The notes beneath the pieces are model-generated. The model was not told the origin of the DNA. It was given only the letters and a program-made list of their open reading frames with translations, and did not search any database. A program made the translations under genes and the position numbers. From Myxococcota bacterium (GTDB lineage: Bacteria; Myxococcota_A; UBA9042; PHBI01; JAWLBL01), in contig JAWLBL010000001.1 of NCBI GenBank assembly GCA_041687695.1, forward strand, positions 1-64,000: a stretch of DNA of 64,000 bases, written 5' to 3'. Positions 1-8,237 of the stretch are shown in pieces. Numbering within the stretch: position 1 is the stretch's first letter; each line of letters starts with the position of its first letter.

Positions 1-1
1 A

Positions 2-214
2 ACGAACGCGGGACGGGACACCCGAGAGGGGCTCATCCCAGCCCAACTACCGGGAAACGACCGCGAGACAAACCCGGGACGGGGAGCCGGGACAGGACAG
101 GGGGGGATCACCGTCCAGACGCCAGACGGTTCGATCACCAGTGCGAACGCCGCAGTGCTCACCCTGACCGGGACCATCACGAGCTGCTCCAGCAAAGTGA
201 AGGCGGTGGACTGA
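2..214 (+). CDS. 3' end of a phage gene, probably baseplate spike/gp45-like (partial)
   Basis: Frame open from the window edge to ...GTITSCSSKVKAVD*. Its TGA overlaps the next ATG, and it lies directly before a gp46-like gene. Confidence 0.5.
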   Translation, partial: TNAGRDTREGLIPAQLPGNDRETNPGRGAGTGQGGITVQTPDGSITSANAAVLTLTGTITSCSSKVKAVD

Positions 215-1650
215 TGCCGACGACCATCCACATCAGCCCGACCGGCAACGACACGACCGGCGACGGCTCCGAGCTGAACCCTTACGCCACGTTCGCCAAG
301 GCGCTCTCTGTCGCAGTAGCTGGGGCGACTGCTGCCTACGGCTCGGGCGACACCATCCAAGCCGCTGCTGGCGTCTACAGCGAAGGGCGCGTGGGGAACG
401 TGGCCAAGCAGGGGATCACGCTTCGGGGCGACCCTGCGGGGGGCACGATCATCGACGCCAGCGGGTCGTTGAACGACGGCTTGAGCTGGTACCACTTCTG
501 GGACTTGTACGACCTGACCGTCTTCGGCGCACCCAGCAACGGCTTCGAGGCCCAAAGCTCCGGCCGAACCGCGCGGCTCACGCGCTGCGTCTCGCACTCG
601 AACGGGCAGGTCGGCATCTGGACGGCGAGCGCCCCCAACGTCGAGGTCTACCACTGCACCGTCTTCGACAACGGGGAGCGGGGTATCGACGGCGGGACGG
701 GCACCGGGTTCCGGGTCAGCCACGCCCTCGTCTACGACAACGGCCGGGACGGCATCTACACGACTGCCGCCGACTCCGTGGTCGAGTTCAGCACTGTGGC
801 CTTCAACAGCGTCGGCGTGACGGGCGGGACCTACGCCATCTACGCGGGCACGGTGCGGTCGTGCATCGCCTTCGGGAACGAGATCGCCTACGGCATCCGG
901 GCCGGGACCTACGACCACTGCCTCGCCTACGGGTCGCACACGACGAGCAACTACTACTCGACGCCGGACGCCGACTCGCTGGAAGACGATCCACTCTTCG
1001 TTGACGCCGACGCGCGGGACTTCCACTTGACGGCTTCGAGCCCGGCCGTCTGGACGGGTGCGGCTTCCACCCTGAACGTCACGACCGACCTTGAGGGCAC
1101 CCCGTTGGCCCCTGTGCCGAGCATGGGCGTCTACGAGTACGTTTCGCCCGATCGCGTCGTCGCCAACCCGCCCTCGTTCGCGCTGACCGTCACCTTGGAT
1201 GGCGAACGGGTCGGGGTCGATCCCTTCTCCGAAGCCCTCTCGCCGCTCGACTTCGCCGTCCTCTCGTCTCTGCTCACCGATAGGAGGGCGGAACCTGAAG
1301 ACACCCTCCCGGTGGACGACGGGGACAGGCGCGGATGGTGGGGTGACGGGTTCGGCACCGACGGCGCCGAGGGTGCCCCAGAGCCCTTCGGCTCCCGCCT
1401 CTGGTTGCTCCATCGGACGACCGCCACCCAGGCGACGGCGACCTTGGCCAGGCTCTACGCCGAAGAGGCGCTGGGCTGGCTCGTTACCGATGGGCTGGTC
1501 GAATCCGTCAGCGTCACCTCGGAGGTCGGAGCCGGAGCCATCATCACCTTGGAGGTATCGTATAAAGCAGCCCGCTCGGCCGAAGAGCCGCGCGTCATGC
1601 GGCTTCTAGTCGACGATCAGTCGAGCACGGGCTCGGGAGTGCACTGGTGA
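214..1650 (+). CDS. Right-handed parallel beta-helix domain fused to a C-terminal Mu gp46-like baseplate domain
   Basis: N-terminus ISPTGNDTTGDGS..NPYAT..KA and repeated DNG..GI coils. C-terminus SLLTDRRA..D..RRGWWGD...GSRLWLL...A..YAEEAL.WL is gp46-like. Confidence 0.8.
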   Translation: MPTTIHISPTGNDTTGDGSELNPYATFAKALSVAVAGATAAYGSGDTIQAAAGVYSEGRVGNVAKQGITLRGDPAGGTIIDASGSLNDGLSWYHFWDLYDLTVFGAPSNGFEAQSSGRTARLTRCVSHSNGQVGIWTASAPNVEVYHCTVFDNGERGIDGGTGTGFRVSHALVYDNGRDGIYTTAADSVVEFSTVAFNSVGVTGGTYAIYAGTVRSCIAFGNEIAYGIRAGTYDHCLAYGSHTTSNYYSTPDADSLEDDPLFVDADARDFHLTASSPAVWTGAASTLNVTTDLEGTPLAPVPSMGVYEYVSPDRVVANPPSFALTVTLDGERVGVDPFSEALSPLDFAVLSSLLTDRRAEPEDTLPVDDGDRRGWWGDGFGTDGAEGAPEPFGSRLWLLHRTTATQATATLARLYAEEALGWLVTDGLVESVSVTSEVGAGAIITLEVSYKAARSAEEPRVMRLLVDDQSSTGSGVHW

Positions 1651-1653
1651 CGC

Positions 1654-2739
1654 ATGGCTGACACAGGTTTCACACGACCAACCCTGAGCGAGCTGGTCAC
1701 CAGGACTTCGCAGGATCTCGAAAACCGCGTCGACGGCTTGGACGCGCGCTTCAAAGGCACCTGGTCGTGGGCTCTGGCTCGGGTGGTGGCCGCAGGCCAC
1801 TACCTACAGCACCAGCACCTGTCCTGGATCGCCAAGCAGGTACTTCCTGACACCGCTGAAGCCGCCTCCCTCGACCGGCACGCGGCCATCTGGGGGATCA
1901 CCCGCCGAGGGTCCGGCAGGGCCACGGGCAACGTCACCGTCAACGGAACCAACGGCAGCGAGATCCCCGTCGCCGCGCTTCTACAACGTGCCGATGGCAC
2001 CGAGTACCGCGTCACCGCCGACGGGGCCGGAACCATCGGCATGGGCGGAACCCTCACGGTCGAAGTCGAAGCGGTCGAGCCGGGCGAAGCTGGCAACGCC
2101 GACGAGGGCGTCGTCCTCACATTCGTGAGCCCGATCGCGGGCGTCACGTCGGCAACGACGGTGCAGGCGGGGGGCATCGTCGACGGCGTGGACGAAGAGA
2201 CCGACGACGCCTTGAGAGAGCGCATCCTGGCCCGGATCTCCGCGCCTCCGCAGGGTGGCTCAGAAGCCGACTACATCGCGTGGACTCGGGAGATCGCCGG
2301 TGTCGATGAGGTCTGGGTCGCGCCTGCGGCCGAAGGCGCCGGCACCGTCCGGGTCCGCTTCTCGATGAAGGTCGAGACGGACGACGACGACCTCGACCGC
2401 ATCCCCGGGTCGGCCAAGGTCGATGAAGTTCAGGCGCACCTGGATGAGGTCGCCCCGGTGACCTGCACGGTCTACGTGGCCGCGCCGACTGCGCAGGAGA
2501 TCGACTTTGAGGTTCAGGTCTTCCCGAACACCGCCGAGGTGCAGGCAGCGGTGACCGCCGAACTGAAGGCCCTCCTTCGTCGTGAAGGCGGACCCGGCAA
2601 GACCATCAAGTCGTCGGTCATCCGAGCGGCGATCAGCGCAGCCGAAGGCGAGCAGTACCACACGCTCGTCACCCCAGCCGGTGACATCACCTCGACGGCT
2701 TCTCAGCTCCCCGTCATGGGATCGGTGACGTTCTCCTGA
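1654..2739 (+). CDS. Baseplate J / Mu gp47 family protein
   Basis: FTRPTL.EL, Q.LPDTA, A.G.V...GT.G, G.D.E.D..LR.R, P.QGG...DY..W motifs. Confidence 0.92.
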   Translation: MADTGFTRPTLSELVTRTSQDLENRVDGLDARFKGTWSWALARVVAAGHYLQHQHLSWIAKQVLPDTAEAASLDRHAAIWGITRRGSGRATGNVTVNGTNGSEIPVAALLQRADGTEYRVTADGAGTIGMGGTLTVEVEAVEPGEAGNADEGVVLTFVSPIAGVTSATTVQAGGIVDGVDEETDDALRERILARISAPPQGGSEADYIAWTREIAGVDEVWVAPAAEGAGTVRVRFSMKVETDDDDLDRIPGSAKVDEVQAHLDEVAPVTCTVYVAAPTAQEIDFEVQVFPNTAEVQAAVTAELKALLRREGGPGKTIKSSVIRAAISAAEGEQYHTLVTPAGDITSTASQLPVMGSVTFS

Positions 2740-3275
2740 TGCTGACCCGCCTGACCGATAGCGAGTACCGCGACCAGCTCGCCCAGCTCCTTCCGAAGGG
2801 GAAGCTCTGGGAGCGCGTCCTTGACGGGCGCTTAGGGCAGGTTCTGCACGCCCTGGCCGACGAGTTCGCCCGGGTTCACGACCGGGCACAGGATGCGCTC
2901 ACAGAAGCCGACCCCCGCACCGCAGACGAGATGCTCGAAGGCTGGGAGCGTGTGGCCGGGCTCGACGGGGACGGGACCGACGACGAGCGCCGCGCCGTCC
3001 TGCACGCCCACCTGGTCGCCCGAGGGGGCCAGTCCTCTACCTATTACATAGGGCTCGCTGCGAACCTCGGGGTCGAGGTCACCATCGAGACCGTGACCCC
3101 GTTCCGGGTCGATGCGGCGACCGTCGAGACGCCCCTCTATGAAGATCCGTGGGCCTTCGTGTGGTGGGTCACCGGGCCGGCTACGACCAGCGCAACCGTT
3201 CAGGCGCAGGTCGAAGCCCTGGTCGAGCTGCACAAGCCGGCGCACACCATCGTCCACTTCGCCTGGACAGCCTGA
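2739..3275 (+). CDS. Mu gp48-like (YmfQ/DUF2313) baseplate protein
   Basis: Y..QL.QLLP.G..W, EADPRT..EML..WER..GL, GGQS..YY..LA, KPAHT motifs. Start overlaps the upstream stop. Confidence 0.9.
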   Translation: MLTRLTDSEYRDQLAQLLPKGKLWERVLDGRLGQVLHALADEFARVHDRAQDALTEADPRTADEMLEGWERVAGLDGDGTDDERRAVLHAHLVARGGQSSTYYIGLAANLGVEVTIETVTPFRVDAATVETPLYEDPWAFVWWVTGPATTSATVQAQVEALVELHKPAHTIVHFAWTA

Positions 3276-3287
3276 GGAGGCGACCCC

Positions 3288-4508
3288 ATGCAACGAATCC
3301 AGCACCCGTCCACTGTCGCCGTCCTCCCTGACATCACAGAGACCGGCGACTACGGCTTCTACACGCCAGGCGATCCCGAGACGGACACGCCTCCGACGAC
3401 GGTCACGGCGGCGGCCCTCAATAGGATCCAAGAGGAGTTGGTCAGTATCGTCGTCGGCGCGGGCTTGAGCCTCGATGCCGAGGACAACGGACAGATCTGG
3501 TCGGTCCTCTCACACATCCTCGGCATCGAGTCCGGCACCTCGTCCGTGACCGCATCGAACACGAACGACCGCGCCGTCCTCGTCTCGGACGCTTCGACTG
3601 CTGATGGCGACCACAGCGCGGCGGTGGCTTCGAGCACGGTGACCGCCCAGGGTGACTACTCGTTCGTGGCCGCAAGCGGGAACTTCGGGCACGCCGACGG
3701 CACCCGATCCGTCCTGCTGGCGAGCAACGGGGGCACGGTCGCCGCAACGAACGGTGCGGCCCTCGCCACCGTCGGGGCCGACGTGCAAGGCACCTCGTGC
3801 GCCGTCGTCGCCGCCAACGACTGCGGGACGGCATCGGGGACGAGCAACAACCTCGTCGTCGCCAGCCAGTACACGATCAACAACGTCAGCAACTCCATCG
3901 CGGGCGGCTACGCGGGCTCCGGCCCTGCGGCCACGGGCAACGTCACCTGGCGGATCGAGAGCCAGGGAGGCAACGCAGCCTTCTCGGGCACGATGACGGC
4001 GAACGGCGTGATCGACTCGGGCGCCGACTACGCCGAAGCGTTCCCGAACCTCGAGCCCGGGGCGATCCCCGTCGGGCGCCTGGTCGCGCTGGATGGTGAA
4101 GCCGTCCGCCTTGCTGGCGAAGGCGACGATGTGCTGGGCGTCGTGTCCCCCGCACCTGCGGTCCTCGGCGACGCGCCCCAGCACTGGCACGGGCGGTACC
4201 TGCGCGACGAGTTCGGCGGGTACGTCCTCGACGAGCAGGGGCAGAAGGTCGTGAACCCCGACTACGACCCCGCTCGTCCCTACGTCCCGCGTCAGCAGCG
4301 CCCGACCGAATGGACGGTGGTGGGTCTGCTCGGAAAGCTGTTCATCGCCGTCGATCACACCGTGGCGGCTGGCGAGTACGTCCGCCCCGGCCCCGAAGGC
4401 GGGCTGGGCACCGTGTCCGAGGAGGCGACCAGGGTGAGGGCGATGAAGGTCACGTCACCCTACGATGCCGCGCGCGGGTACGCGGTGGCGCGGTGCCTCG
4501 TCATCTAG
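3288..4508 (+). CDS. Tail fibre/spike with a C-terminal peptidase G2-like intramolecular chaperone
   Basis: N-terminal fibre motif (LN.IQEEL..IV..AGL), Ser/Ala-rich repeats, ADYAE cleavage motif, Y.PR..R..EW..VGLLG. GAGGAGG RBS. Confidence 0.85.
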   Translation: MQRIQHPSTVAVLPDITETGDYGFYTPGDPETDTPPTTVTAAALNRIQEELVSIVVGAGLSLDAEDNGQIWSVLSHILGIESGTSSVTASNTNDRAVLVSDASTADGDHSAAVASSTVTAQGDYSFVAASGNFGHADGTRSVLLASNGGTVAATNGAALATVGADVQGTSCAVVAANDCGTASGTSNNLVVASQYTINNVSNSIAGGYAGSGPAATGNVTWRIESQGGNAAFSGTMTANGVIDSGADYAEAFPNLEPGAIPVGRLVALDGEAVRLAGEGDDVLGVVSPAPAVLGDAPQHWHGRYLRDEFGGYVLDEQGQKVVNPDYDPARPYVPRQQRPTEWTVVGLLGKLFIAVDHTVAAGEYVRPGPEGGLGTVSEEATRVRAMKVTSPYDAARGYAVARCLVI

Positions 4509-4948
4509 CGAGCCTGGATCTTCAGTCCCCATCCATCGTTGCACCGAGCCTCGGTGAAGCTGAACTCGATCAGGGTGCCGGGCGCGAACGGCCCGGGAAG
4601 CGAGACCGTGCTGTCGATGACGTTCCCCGTGTCCTCCTTGATGGCGAACGCTTCGAGAAGCATGGCTTCGGGGTGCACCTCAAGGATCTCGTAGGTCATG
4701 ATGCAGCCCCTCTTCCCGACCAGGGGGCGCATGCCGCGCAGCTTCACATCGAGCTTTGAGGGCACCCGATCGAGCGAACCTGATGGAGCCTCTGGCGAAC
4801 TGGCCGGCTCCTTGTCGGGGTCGATGCACTGGAGCTTGAGGTTCTCCCACTGAGCCCGCTTCCCCTCGGGGCAGTGGTCGCCGAACACCACGTACGCGGT
4901 TGCTCCGGCGAGGATGCACAGCACTACAAGTAGCCCGCCGATGTTCAT
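4505..4948 (-). CDS. Hypothetical protein with N-terminal membrane anchor (possible moron)
   Basis: Hydrophobic N-terminus and GGGGAG RBS; convergent with the tail fibre gene. Confidence 0.65.
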   Translation of the reverse strand: MNIGGLLVVLCILAGATAYVVFGDHCPEGKRAQWENLKLQCIDPDKEPASSPEAPSGSLDRVPSKLDVKLRGMRPLVGKRGCIMTYEILEVHPEAMLLEAFAIKEDTGNVIDSTVSLPGPFAPGTLIEFSFTEARCNDGWGLKIQAR

Positions 4949-5016
4949 CGGCTCCCCCTATGACGTGTCCCGGTCACGGGGAAGCGACCACGGATGCGGC
5001 CCGAGGTCAACCCGAG

Positions 5017-5649
5017 CTACTTCGCCTTGCTCTTCGCGGTCTCGATCGCCTTCTTGAGCCCGGCATCGAGGTTCGTGGTGAACCGCTCGCGCGTGACCCT
5101 CAGGACGGTCTCCTTCAAGGGCCAGCGCTTGGGCACCTTGACCCTCTTCCTCAACCAATAGAGTAGCTCCAGGCGCTGGTTGTCTCCCTTCCCCTTCATC
5201 CTCCAGATCCCCTTCGCCTTCTTCTTCCCCTTGGGTCCGTCGAGGACGACGACGCCCTTACGCTTCAAGAAGGCGCCGGGCCAGCGGCTCTTCGAGGTCT
5301 TGGCGTCGAGGGTCACGCGGGGCTTACCGGAGCCGACGGCAGGGACCGCAACGTCCTTGCCCTTGGACTTCTTCGGCCCGCCCTTCGCCTGCCGGGCCAT
5401 GTATTCCTCTAGGCTGCCCACCTTGGCGGTCAGGGTCTTCTTCGTGGCGCGCTCGATCCTGATCCCCTTCGCGCTCCAGTTGCTCCTGATCGTGAAGTGC
5501 TGGGGCAACTCCTCGCGCAAGGTCGCCTGCGCGTCCTTCGCCGTCGCCGTGAGGGCGCTGGCGATCCCGAACGGCACCTGTCGGCTGAACTCGCCGAGCT
5601 GCTTCTCCAGCGCTTTCCAATCCCCTGAGACCTTGATCACGTTGGCCAC
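5017..5649 (-). CDS. Basic phage protein, virion morphogenesis (gpZ-like) type
   Basis: GTG start after GGGAGG. KQ..F..A.ALT.TA.D..., IERATK..L.A.V, Q..GG.K pattern typical of this phage family. Confidence 0.65.
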   Translation of the reverse strand: MANVIKVSGDWKALEKQLGEFSRQVPFGIASALTATAKDAQATLREELPQHFTIRSNWSAKGIRIERATKKTLTAKVGSLEEYMARQAKGGPKKSKGKDVAVPAVGSGKPRVTLDAKTSKSRWPGAFLKRKGVVVLDGPKGKKKAKGIWRMKGKGDNQRLELLYWLRKRVKVPKRWPLKETVLRVTRERFTTNLDAGLKKAIETAKSKAK

Positions 5650-5657
5650 CCTCCCCC

Positions 5658-5712
5658 GATGGAACACGTGATTCTTTAGTAGAAGAAGCTCTAAGGAATC
5701 ACGTGTTCCATC
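5658..5712. repeat. Perfect 17-bp inverted repeat (22 bp with one mismatch) around an 11-nt spacer
   Basis: GATGGAACACGTGATTC (5658-5674) and GAATCACGTGTTCCATC (5696-5712). Confidence 0.95.
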
Positions 5713-5797
5713 CTGTGCCCTGACCCCTAAAGGGTACCTCCCCAGGCGGCCCGGTCGCGCCCGTAGGCTGGCGTGCCCCAAGGGTACTCTTTGGGTC

Positions 5798-6577
5798 ATG
5801 CATGACCTCGCCGACCGCCTCGCACGCCTCGCTGATGATCTAGCTTGGATCGCCGATGATCTACGTAGAGGAAGCTCCTCCAAGGCTCCTCTAGCGGTCG
5901 CTGTGCGCCAGGGCGAACGGCTCAAGTCCTTCGCACGCCCGGCCGGGCAGGCGATCGACGAGATCGTTGTGCACGAGTCGGTGAGCGCGTCCGTCGAGTC
6001 GACCCTCACCACGCTGCGCTCGAAGGGCTACGGCGTTCACCTGATCGTCTCGCCGACGGGTGAGGTGACCCAGCACGCGCCCCTCGTCGACGAGTGCGCC
6101 CACGCAGGCGTCGCCGACACGCACCCACCCAGCACGCACAACGATCGCAGCGTCGCCGTCGAGCTGGTCAGCCCCTACTACGAGCCCGAGCAGCTCGAAC
6201 CGGGGCAAGTGGTCATCGACGCCAGGTGGGCTCACCGAGGGCGCTACCTCATGCCCAGCCTGCCGGCCCTGGAAGCGGTCTGGCGGGCCATCCAGTGGGT
6301 TCGGGAGCAGGTGCCGACCATCCCCCTCGCGTTCCCCTCGGTGGACGCTCAGGGCCGGTACCGCTGGGGACGTGACCCTCGTCACAACGTCGGCGGTGGG
6401 GTCAGGGCGCACGCAGCGTGGAACCACAGCGATGGGCACGTCCCGACCTTCTACATCCTGCTCCGCTCCTTGGGCTTTGAAGCCGACGACGCCTACGCGG
6501 AGACGATCCGCGTCGCGTCCTCCGTCCCGGGTTCACGGCTCACGCCGGTGCCCTCTCCGCAGAAGGGGGCCGCATGA
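5798..6577 (+). CDS. N-acetylmuramoyl-L-alanine amidase (endolysin)
   Basis: IVVHES, YGVHLIV...GEV.Q, AHAG, N.RS..VE and late H...D motifs of Amidase_2. Confidence 0.85.
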   Translation: MHDLADRLARLADDLAWIADDLRRGSSSKAPLAVAVRQGERLKSFARPAGQAIDEIVVHESVSASVESTLTTLRSKGYGVHLIVSPTGEVTQHAPLVDECAHAGVADTHPPSTHNDRSVAVELVSPYYEPEQLEPGQVVIDARWAHRGRYLMPSLPALEAVWRAIQWVREQVPTIPLAFPSVDAQGRYRWGRDPRHNVGGGVRAHAAWNHSDGHVPTFYILLRSLGFEADDAYAETIRVASSVPGSRLTPVPSPQKGAA

Positions 6578-6882
6578 GCGACCAGAACTTCCTGACCCAA
6601 CAGCTCCAGCGCCTCAACGACAAACTCGACGAGGTCTTCAGATCCCTCGCTGACATCGGCGCACGCCTGGCCCGGCTCGAAGAAGGGCGTGACCAAGCGA
6701 AGGCGGTTGAAGCTCGGGTTACCGCGCTCGAAGCCCGAGTCACCAGCGTTGAAGGCGAGGTCAAGGAAGGCAAGGCGCGCGACCGGCTGATGATGGCCGG
6801 GCTGGTCGCCCTCGGCTCCCTGCTCGGCATCGGAGGTTCGGAAGCCGTCAAGGCGATCGCCAAGGTGCTGGGGGCCGGCTGA
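6574..6882 (+). CDS. Coiled-coil protein with C-terminal TM segment (holin-like)
   Basis: ATGA overlap with the amidase gene; RVTALE heptads followed by a hydrophobic tail. Confidence 0.65.
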   Translation: MSDQNFLTQQLQRLNDKLDEVFRSLADIGARLARLEEGRDQAKAVEARVTALEARVTSVEGEVKEGKARDRLMMAGLVALGSLLGIGGSEAVKAIAKVLGAG

Positions 6883-7229
6883 TGAAGCCCTGGATCGTTG
6901 CGCTCGCCCTCGGGCTGTCCGCGTGCTCTGTCGACCTACAGCGCCGGCCCGATCCCCTGTTGCCGATCGACCTGGGCACCCACCCATGCGTGGTCACCAT
7001 CACGACCGGGCATACGACCGTCACCCTCGACCTCGGTGAGGTCGGCGCGGTCGCCGTGCGCGAGGCAGCGGGCCGGGCCGTGGACGCTATCCAAGGCGCA
7101 GGGGTTGCGGTGCCTCCCGTCCTTGTTCAGCTCGCCGCTGGGCTGGCTCAGGCGGGCGTCGACGAAGGGCTATGCCGGGCGTTCGCGTACGTGGCTGACC
7201 GGATCGATGGAGTGCGGGTTGATCGGTGA
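6882..7229 (+). CDS. Phage lipoprotein (possible lysis accessory)
   Basis: MKPWIVALALGLSAC lipobox; coupled to the upstream gene. Confidence 0.7.
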   Translation: MKPWIVALALGLSACSVDLQRRPDPLLPIDLGTHPCVVTITTGHTTVTLDLGEVGAVAVREAAGRAVDAIQGAGVAVPPVLVQLAAGLAQAGVDEGLCRAFAYVADRIDGVRVDR

Positions 7230-7782
7230 CCTGGCTCTACGTCCCGCCCCCTTCAACGTGCTCTCCCTGTGCAGCGGCTACGACGGACTCGGACTCGGAA
7301 TCAAGCTCGCCGTCCCCACCGCCCGTACCGTCGCTCACGTGGAGAGGGAAGCCTATGCAGCCGCGTGCCTGGTCAGCCGCATGGCGGAAGGGTGGCTGGA
7401 TCAGGCGCCTGTCTGGGACGACGTGCTCACCTTCGACGGCGCAGCGTGGCGTGGAGCAGTGGATTGCATCACTGCGGGGTTCCCCTGCCAACCCTGGAGC
7501 CGGGCAGGAGACCGCCTCGGCGCCGACGACGAGCGGTGGATCTGGCCGGCGATCGCCCGCATCTGTGACGAGGCGCTACCGCCGAGCGGTGCACCGGAAC
7601 CCGGGTACGTCTTCTTGGAGAACGTTGCTGGGCTCGCAGACGGCGGCGGGCTCGACCTCGTCCTCAGCGACCTTGCGCGCCTCGGGTTCGATGCGGCGTG
7701 GGATCTGTTTCGATCGGAAGACGTTGGGGCCACGCACGCCAGGGCACGGATCTTCATATTGGGAAGGCGCGGTGGTAGTTGA
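7207..7782 (+). CDS. C5 DNA methyltransferase, N-terminal polypeptide (motifs I-VIII)
   Basis: LSLCSGYDG (I), AGFPCQPWS (IV), FLENV (VI), H.RARIF (VIII). Start is ATG 7207 or TTG 7219 after GGAG. Confidence 0.85.
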   Translation: MECGLIGDLALRPAPFNVLSLCSGYDGLGLGIKLAVPTARTVAHVEREAYAAACLVSRMAEGWLDQAPVWDDVLTFDGAAWRGAVDCITAGFPCQPWSRAGDRLGADDERWIWPAIARICDEALPPSGAPEPGYVFLENVAGLADGGGLDLVLSDLARLGFDAAWDLFRSEDVGATHARARIFILGRRGGS

Positions 7783-8170
7783 TCACGGAGCCCGACCTCG
7801 ATTGGGGTGGCGTCGACGACATCTGGGCGGGCGAGGTCTGGCTCTGCAACGGCGACCTGCTCGACGTGGTGACCCCTTCGGGCGACGTGGAGCCCTTCCC
7901 GATCGAGTGGGCGACGCTGCTCAACGGCACGGGGCGTTGGCCGACGCCGACCTGCAACGACGCGCGGAATGCGGGCGGCCCGGCTCAGCGACGGCGACGG
8001 ACCTGGGCGGTCAACGCAGCCATCGGCGGGCCATTGGCGCCGGAGTTCGTCGAGTGGATGATGGGGACCCCACAAGGTTGGACCGGCTCAGGATGCTCGG
8101 AAACGGAGTGGACCCGCTGGCTGCGGGCTTCGCGTTCGCAACTCTCTCGGCTCGCATGGATGGGCGCTGA
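7226..8170 (+). CDS. Overlapping +1-frame ORF ending in the C5-MTase motif X-like segment
   Basis: GTG start overlaps the lipoprotein stop (GTGA). Ends RLDRLRMLGNGVDPLAA. Confidence 0.65.
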   Translation: MTWLYVPPPSTCSPCAAATTDSDSESSSPSPPPVPSLTWRGKPMQPRAWSAAWRKGGWIRRLSGTTCSPSTAQRGVEQWIASLRGSPANPGAGQETASAPTTSGGSGRRSPASVTRRYRRAVHRNPGTSSWRTLLGSQTAAGSTSSSATLRASGSMRRGICFDRKTLGPRTPGHGSSYWEGAVVVDHGARPRLGWRRRHLGGRGLALQRRPARRGDPFGRRGALPDRVGDAAQRHGALADADLQRRAECGRPGSATATDLGGQRSHRRAIGAGVRRVDDGDPTRLDRLRMLGNGVDPLAAGFAFATLSARMDGR

Positions 8171-8225
8171 GGCCGACCTGAGCGTATCACCCGTCACCAA
8201 ACAGAGTTCACACCGGGGAAGCTAG
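7779..8225 (+). CDS. Third-frame ORF carrying the C5-MTase motif IX-like segment
   Basis: TTG start overlaps the TGA of 7207-7782. Contains WPTP and LAPEFVEWMMGTPQGWT. Confidence 0.65.
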   Translation: MITEPDLDWGGVDDIWAGEVWLCNGDLLDVVTPSGDVEPFPIEWATLLNGTGRWPTPTCNDARNAGGPAQRRRRTWAVNAAIGGPLAPEFVEWMMGTPQGWTGSGCSETEWTRWLRASRSQLSRLAWMGAEADLSVSPVTKQSSHRGS

Positions 8226-8237
8226 GCGCGCACCTGG

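Noticed and set aside
1..110. Repeated CCGGGAC/GGGAC motifs at the window start
   Set aside because: Short, irregular and at the sequence edge; cannot be told apart from low-quality or low-complexity sequence.
3288..5800. DGR or invertase-driven tail-fibre switching
   Set aside because: No reverse transcriptase, invertase, template repeat or alternative fibre end is visible in the window.
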